Below the pieces are notes generated by a model that had not been told where the DNA came from, did no database searches, and worked only from the letters and a program-made list of their open reading frames with translations. A program made the position numbers and the translations under genes. From assembly GCA_039815375.1 (NCBI GenBank), contig JBCBZJ010000017.1, positions 9,425 through 73,424 on the forward strand: a stretch of 64,000 nt of DNA, given 5' to 3'. Below, piece after piece: positions 59,001 to 64,000 of the stretch. The first letter of the stretch is position 1. The number at the start of each line of letters is the position of its first letter. This DNA comes from Verrucomicrobiota bacterium. Lineage in GTDB: Bacteria > Verrucomicrobiota > Verrucomicrobiia > Opitutales > Coraliomargaritaceae.

Positions 59001-62000
59001 GATGATGATCAGCCCTATGTTCTTTGGCCGGCACTCATCAAGGATCTCTTGAGCGAGAATGGAAGTGGAGTATCTTATGATGAGATTGGCGTTAGGAAAC
59101 ACAATCGACCACAACAATATACCGATTGGTGGGAGTTCCCGCGTCCGTTCCAAATTACCGGATCTGTCGCCCTGCATGACGATTACACCGTCGATCCTGA
59201 TAATTACGATACCGTCACCTATTATCTGGCGACCAGCGATAATCATGATGATACCATCGATATTACGAACAATCTGCTCTGGCAGTCGGAGCCGATTCCA
59301 TTAATGGACCTGCATAATCGATCCGTAAATATCGATTATTCATCCGGCAGCATCACGCTCTCGATTGCGCCTTACCTTCCCTACAGCGGACCGACGACCT
59401 ACAATACTTCAGCCTATCCTACCTTGGGAGATGTCGATTATGTGAGCCGCTCTAAGTTGGGTTATACCTATATTGTCAGTCATGCAGGAAATAGCGCGGA
59501 TTTTGGGGTCTTGGAGCATCGTCAGCGGTCTTACAAGACTGGGATGCAACAACAACAGAACCGCTTCTTTCAATATTACGGAAGTCAAAATTTTTGGAAT
59601 GCGCGGTATGTCTCTGGCAATATAAATGTTTATGACACATTCGGCGGTGGTGCGGAAGGAGTTCTCAGTATGAGCGCACGGCCAATCTCACCGGGCAATT
59701 ATGCCTCCGTCCATAATAGCGGGCGTGTCACCGATGCCATGTTGCGCACGCATACCAGTGCAATTGCTTATCACGAGCGTAATGTGATTAATCAGGGCTT
59801 GTCTGAGGATGCTACTGTGACCCAGCACCGGCTTTTTACCCTGTTGGGGCTGGCCTACTGGCAGAAGACCGTGGATTTTGAATTATTGGCTGCGGCAAAG
59901 CATAAGGTGATCATGCCTACAATGGGTGGTACGATGTTTTCCGGCCTTAACGCGAACGGCTCGGGTGATTTGGTATTCCCTTTTATCGATGTCGCAAATC
60001 TAGTAACCTCAGCTTACTGGGGTGGGCATATAAATCTGGCGCATGGTCATGATTCCAGGACGACCTTTTTAGATCTTTATTATCTATTTTCTGCTCAAGA
60101 CTCTGCTTACGAGCATGCTGTACTTCGAAATCTTCTTGGTGTCGAAGGAGAATATTCGACAGTAAAGGTATTGCAGGAAGCCAGCCGGCGTCATCGTGCG
60201 GATCCTCAAAATGTGCCGGACATTGTGCTCCTGTCCAATGGGCCAAACACCAATGGCAACGACTGGCTTCAGGAAGGCGAAGTATTCTACCAGGGGCAGA
60301 AGCTAAAAGAGTGGGATGCAGGACTCTGGGGTAAGGTTGAAAACCTGTTGGATGCGAATTCGAACCTGATCCATACTTCAGGATTAGCTTTAGGCCTACC
60401 AGAGCACCTTAGAGACGACAGCTTTGAATTGGCATACATTTCCCCGGGCCCGGTAAGTATCAATGGCGTCGGACGGATGGGAGTCGCGACGCTGCAGCAC
60501 TCCGGCGGAGCGGGGATGTATATTAGTAGTTCCAGTAGCCCCCTGAATGGCGGCGGTAGCAACGAACTCGATGGTGCGGATGAACCGGGTTTCCTTAGTA
60601 GGCTCGCGAGTAAGGTTGCTGCTATCATCAATTCTACATCTAGTTCGGAGGGGGTCCAGCATACGCCAGCACCGGATGGAACAACAACGACCGTTTGGGT
60701 TGGCGGTCAGCCTGTTGTTGAGCTCCCTGTTGAGGAAGCCCGTGAGCTTACAAATGCTCTCTCCTCTCTGGCCCCGGCCGATGCAGAATTGGTTGGGATG
60801 GCTTATGTCGGGAGCAGACTTGCCGGCGATAGCCCTTCGGAAGCCTTTGATCATGGGCTAACGGTGCTTGCGAACTCACCTTTTTCAAGCCAGTCCATAT
60901 ATGCATCAACCAGTGATTCTGGTGCTTTGAGTGTTACAGTGGGTGAAATTCCACTGTTCACTGATGGCGCGAACAGTTTGGTAGGAGACCCGGTTAATAT
61001 TATAGACGGTTACTTCTATATCGATACAACCGATATCAGCTTGCCTGGGCCGTTCCCGCTTACACTTCGCCGAAATTACGTCAGCCAAAATCTGGCGGAC
61101 AACCAACTAGGTGCAGGTTGGAAATTCGGCTTTATGCATTATCTTCAGTTTATAGAGGAGAATAGTGACCCCGAAGCACTTATTTATGCAGCGGAAATGG
61201 ACGGGTCGGTTTTGGCTTACGAGAAAGACCTGAATAATTCAGACCGTTGGAATGTCACGATTTCTGCGAATCCCAGCTTGAGTAATCATTCGGAGAGCGG
61301 TGTGGGCTCTCTCGCGAATCGATATGGAAATTACATCGAAAGAGTCGGGGATCGCTACACCCTTTACTCGAACTCAGGCGAAGTGCGCATCTACGATATG
61401 GATGAGTATCCAATTGGAGGTTTAGTGGATCGCCGACGCCCTTATCTACAGTCGTGGTCGGATGCCTCAGGCAACAATTTCGCATTCAGTTATATCGAAG
61501 ATTCAGATGCATTTGGTTATGGAGACTTGTATCAGATCAAGTCTTCGAACGGGAATGCAGTCACTTTTTCCTACGGTGATAATCATCGGCCAAGCATGAT
61601 TGCTACGCATGATGGTCGTATCTTACGTTATTACTACGACCAATTTGGCGATTTACGTCGAGTCACCTTACCGGATGGCTACGAGATTCGCTATACTTAT
61701 CAATTAGCTCTGGATCAGAATGGTGACGATATCTCCACTCACCTGTTGATCCGCGAGGAAAAGCCGCTTGGACGGGTCTTAGAAAATGATTATGATGGTG
61801 ATCGGCGAGTTCTGAGACAACGTGCAACGGTCGGTGAGAGTAACGCACTTATTGAAAATGCATCTTATGCGTATCATCATACGCACGCGAGTGGTGATGC
61901 TGCGACAGGATATACCCTGGTTACGGCTGTAAATGGAGGCGTCACGCGCTACGATTACACGGACGGCTTAATCACATCGATCACTGATGCAGAGACGAAT

Positions 62001-64000
62001 CAGATTCAAAAAGAGTGGTATGCGGATCGCTTAACATTTCCCGATCCGGCTGCAGCACCTGACGCTTCGCGTGTGATTGCCGAGACGACAGTTGCCAGCC
62101 TGACCGAAGACGAGCCGGGTGGATTTGGGCGCAGCTTGAAACGAACGAAAGACAAGCGGGGGCGTGTCACATACTTCTGGTATGATGCAGATGGGAATAT
62201 CGTGCAGACAAAGACGATCGGTGAGATTGACGGGGACCTGAGTAATGGAGATGAAGTTGCGACTTCGACCAGCACCTACAATGACAAGCATCTCCCAACG
62301 GATCTTGTCGACCCGGTTGGTAATATGACTAGGATTGCGTATGGCGATACCGACTACCCATACATGCCAACATCCATAGAGCAAAGGGATTCCAGCGACG
62401 CTCTCATTTCCCGAACAGAACGTGCTTACACCGAGGTAGAGACTGCTTCCGCTTCCGCTTTCGGCTTAAATTCTACAGTGCGTCAGGCAGTTGGCACCGA
62501 TGATGAGAGCTTTGTCCTTACCGAATATTCAGAGCATGGTTTCCCTCTTCGGGTGACGCAGTATACCGATGAGGATGATCTCAATAATGTAACGAGCGAT
62601 CCGAATGTTGTCCTCGAATATATTTATAATATCCGTGGCAGACTCATTCAAGAATCCGATAGCAGTGGTGCCAGAACCACTTACCAGTACGATCCAATGG
62701 ACCGTTTAACTGCTGTGCGTGCCTATGACGAAAATGATGTCCTGCTTTCAACCAACTTTAATTATTATAACGCTGCAGGCGACTTGGAGTGGAATGACGG
62801 TCCCCGGACAGGTGTTGAGGATCATACCTATAGGCGTTACGACGGAGCAGGTCGCTTGCTCCAGCAACTCGTCTGGCGGTCGCAGGCGAGCACTGATGGA
62901 ACTGGAGTCGAAGCCTTTCCTCAGTATTTGGATGAAGCCTTTGCGGTGGAACAGTATTCCTATGACGGCTTTGGCAACTTAACCGGGGTCATCGATCCGA
63001 ATGGCCACGAGATGCGGATGAGTTATGATATGATTGGCCGCAAGCTCAGTCAGAGCAGCTACGAAGGTGCCTATGCCGATGGTGCCGAGCCGCTGTCCTC
63101 CCTCGCTTGGACTTATGAATCAGGCGGCAAGGTGCATACATCGACAAATACTTTGGGAGGGGTTACAGAGAATCTCTATACCGATCTAGGTGCTCTGCGC
63201 TCAAAACAAAATCCGGACGGAACGATTTCTCAATTCCGTTACCTTTTAGATGGGCGTATTACTAAAGAAATTTACCCTTCCGGAAACGAGCTCCGTTATG
63301 CATATGATGACTTGGCGCGAACCGTAACGCGGACACTTCACAAAAACACTGGTGAACAACTCAGTCAGACAATCCAGTATTTTGATCGTCGCGGGAATCC
63401 AATCCAGGAAATCGATGCCGAGGGTTATGTGCGCCAGTCAACTTTTGACGATTTGAACCGGGTGGTCGCCCGTAGTGGTCCAGCCGGTGATGGTGTGGGC
63501 ACGGAACAGCAGTTGAGTCATGCCTCGTATGACCCAAATCTGCGAACCGTGACGATCACGGATGCCAGCCTGCAGTCCGTTGCAACAACGAACGATGCCC
63601 TTGGGCGTGCGATTTCAACCGTCGTTCGTGATTCGCAAAGTAATATCGTTCAGGAAACTTATTTTGATTACTCTACCGACCACCATAGTGTGACTCGTAC
63701 TGAAGGAAGTGGCGCAGATGCCATTCAGGTAACGACCTGGACCAACACACAGGGGCAGCCCGTCCTGATCCAGCATCATCTGGATACTGGAGGTTATGAC
63801 TTCGAACGCCTCGCTTATGATCTGTCTGGAAACCAAACCATGACAGTGGATGCGCTTGGCTACCAAACTGAGCGTATTTATGACGGGCTCAACCGCATGG
63901 TTGCAAATACACGCCCTGATGGTGCAACCACAGAGTTTCGCTACATTGATCAGGGAGAGGTGATCCGGCGAGTGATGCCAGGCGGGTTGACCCATGAGGA
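56040..64000 (+). CDS. Giant secreted RHS/YD-repeat protein (Ig-like, two carbohydrate-binding-like domains, transglutaminase-like, DUF6531, RHS); 3' partial
   Basis: ATG at 56040 (MRKVSNIFLSLGCSAASLCA). The frame reads open wherever I translated it, and its absence from the ORF track implies no stop before 64000. LLTYLLRASGVPA at ~58630; VGDPVNIIDG...LRRNY...LGAGW at 60981; YD repeats (YYYDQFGDL, YQYDPMDRL, YDGAGRL, YDGLNRM) from ~61450. Confidence 0.9.
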   Translation, partial: MRKVSNIFLSLGCSAASLCAMPTVGDIDIYSVDQSLLLGDTDIVMHGTDIRLEVSATPAAGETIERVEFFRYGSFIGEGALDTNGNWYLITEATAHTFSPSDEPSTVLIDEDKLNGSFEDWTGTMPDNWLRGNGGYNSQYGYIPLLPVTKVTTDAHTGNNSVKITGVQDATSPDGNYNMKNWSNVWLLNYIGMQTGSKYKVEFYAKRLNGLATDRLQVGKGYGPTFHDDLVYTETDGSWKHYELHPVEPSAVGSTYGRLVFTSRKGGTEWLIDSVKVTLTQDVQDIYYARVVEDSGDVATSDYAGVKTLPFSASINFQADTASVPDGYAADFGAFYGIQANGLSYGWLYEANNQLVDAPLASEPIQEHSIGFTVEDQIINQWELEVPPGEYLVTIHFPDSQSIPGSGYRYSLMVEDQAAINGFIEAGAPMDSAIQRVIVTDGRLTLSADAASDANLISAVDIIQLSASSDKSIFRRGHNTTNDFKSSVISLDGQPGLRTVDLDLIGDQSALRMHYSASSNEYTIYAADPVVSYGAEGGPSELLADISYDFGVSAGDVSASFNGYLPEDVASQSSAAVQALKGFYLVVKNRTDGSFIERIPLDLPDVDSADWVTLLTNGSCKKFTNSTYGLTTWIRPMTSSEWNYQGAPDYIEDLNYTFTHMADANSANYLFVIEAASSFHGEPAVRYAGGNYDGQATLNTLYEFSFDRGQPWRMQNFTLAHRGELAPSAYQGTDPRALSMTEEAFSSVEYHFLNAAGGSIGPALDMNLQSDVDTFESTFSTVDHAPEFRSHPVLDQLLLDYGSDPLALARYVFNEIEVIDYVGMHPGLSTSNIPVEVTLGGLRRDALAVLQEGAGSPREICILLTYLLRASGVPAAIAEPSDGHVYLLDTDYSRLIGQNIAGTALTPEKIPLEYPWVVAYIEGEAEPFKHLFPWIKETELTEGHDLYDLLPERFDNGFKYFDKYIRADDEVMRIGSDGLVDPLVRGYDDDQPYVLWPALIKDLLSENGSGVSYDEIGVRKHNRPQQYTDWWEFPRPFQITGSVALHDDYTVDPDNYDTVTYYLATSDNHDDTIDITNNLLWQSEPIPLMDLHNRSVNIDYSSGSITLSIAPYLPYSGPTTYNTSAYPTLGDVDYVSRSKLGYTYIVSHAGNSADFGVLEHRQRSYKTGMQQQQNRFFQYYGSQNFWNARYVSGNINVYDTFGGGAEGVLSMSARPISPGNYASVHNSGRVTDAMLRTHTSAIAYHERNVINQGLSEDATVTQHRLFTLLGLAYWQKTVDFELLAAAKHKVIMPTMGGTMFSGLNANGSGDLVFPFIDVANLVTSAYWGGHINLAHGHDSRTTFLDLYYLFSAQDSAYEHAVLRNLLGVEGEYSTVKVLQEASRRHRADPQNVPDIVLLSNGPNTNGNDWLQEGEVFYQGQKLKEWDAGLWGKVENLLDANSNLIHTSGLALGLPEHLRDDSFELAYISPGPVSINGVGRMGVATLQHSGGAGMYISSSSSPLNGGGSNELDGADEPGFLSRLASKVAAIINSTSSSEGVQHTPAPDGTTTTVWVGGQPVVELPVEEARELTNALSSLAPADAELVGMAYVGSRLAGDSPSEAFDHGLTVLANSPFSSQSIYASTSDSGALSVTVGEIPLFTDGANSLVGDPVNIIDGYFYIDTTDISLPGPFPLTLRRNYVSQNLADNQLGAGWKFGFMHYLQFIEENSDPEALIYAAEMDGSVLAYEKDLNNSDRWNVTISANPSLSNHSESGVGSLANRYGNYIERVGDRYTLYSNSGEVRIYDMDEYPIGGLVDRRRPYLQSWSDASGNNFAFSYIEDSDAFGYGDLYQIKSSNGNAVTFSYGDNHRPSMIATHDGRILRYYYDQFGDLRRVTLPDGYEIRYTYQLALDQNGDDISTHLLIREEKPLGRVLENDYDGDRRVLRQRATVGESNALIENASYAYHHTHASGDAATGYTLVTAVNGGVTRYDYTDGLITSITDAETNQIQKEWYADRLTFPDPAAAPDASRVIAETTVASLTEDEPGGFGRSLKRTKDKRGRVTYFWYDADGNIVQTKTIGEIDGDLSNGDEVATSTSTYNDKHLPTDLVDPVGNMTRIAYGDTDYPYMPTSIEQRDSSDALISRTERAYTEVETASASAFGLNSTVRQAVGTDDESFVLTEYSEHGFPLRVTQYTDEDDLNNVTSDPNVVLEYIYNIRGRLIQESDSSGARTTYQYDPMDRLTAVRAYDENDVLLSTNFNYYNAAGDLEWNDGPRTGVEDHTYRRYDGAGRLLQQLVWRSQASTDGTGVEAFPQYLDEAFAVEQYSYDGFGNLTGVIDPNGHEMRMSYDMIGRKLSQSSYEGAYADGAEPLSSLAWTYESGGKVHTSTNTLGGVTENLYTDLGALRSKQNPDGTISQFRYLLDGRITKEIYPSGNELRYAYDDLARTVTRTLHKNTGEQLSQTIQYFDRRGNPIQEIDAEGYVRQSTFDDLNRVVARSGPAGDGVGTEQQLSHASYDPNLRTVTITDASLQSVATTNDALGRAISTVVRDSQSNIVQETYFDYSTDHHSVTRTEGSGADAIQVTTWTNTQGQPVLIQHHLDTGGYDFERLAYDLSGNQTMTVDALGYQTERIYDGLNRMVANTRPDGATTEFRYIDQGEVIRRVMPGGLTHE

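Noticed and set aside
56280..63995. Scattered short ORFs in the track suggesting a non-coding or decayed region
   Set aside because: All are shadows of the single RHS frame starting at 56040.

Overview
Bacterial chromosomal window, most likely Verrucomicrobiota (Opitutae/Coraliomargarita-like; inferred from gene order and ribosomal protein style). 1-10 kb: 3' part of a large beta-barrel outer-membrane protein plus a DUF11-type surface protein, mnmA, two tandem GH57 genes and a vapBC pair. 10.4-25.4 kb: S10-spc-alpha ribosomal cluster (rplC to rplQ). It lacks rpsJ, rpmD, adk, infA and rpmJ, carries an exported non-ribosomal gene between rpsS and rplV, and encodes a SecY with an extra C-terminal hydrophobic helix. 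25.5-50.3 kb: housekeeping and accessory genes (parE, queG, FIST plus hybrid kinase, purU, carB, thyA-folA, TolC/MacAB-type exporter, DciA-like). 50.4-64 kb is the most unusual part. It holds two tandem copies of a covarying structured non-coding element behind a sigma54-like promoter. After these comes a sigma54-type promoter in front of an apparent operon that starts with a prokaryotic viperin and continues with two secreted proteins and a giant (>2650 aa) Ig/CBM-pseudo-transglutaminase-DUF6531-RHS protein. The RHS gene runs off the window and is absent from the ORF track. All calls come from reading motifs by eye; no database searches were run.
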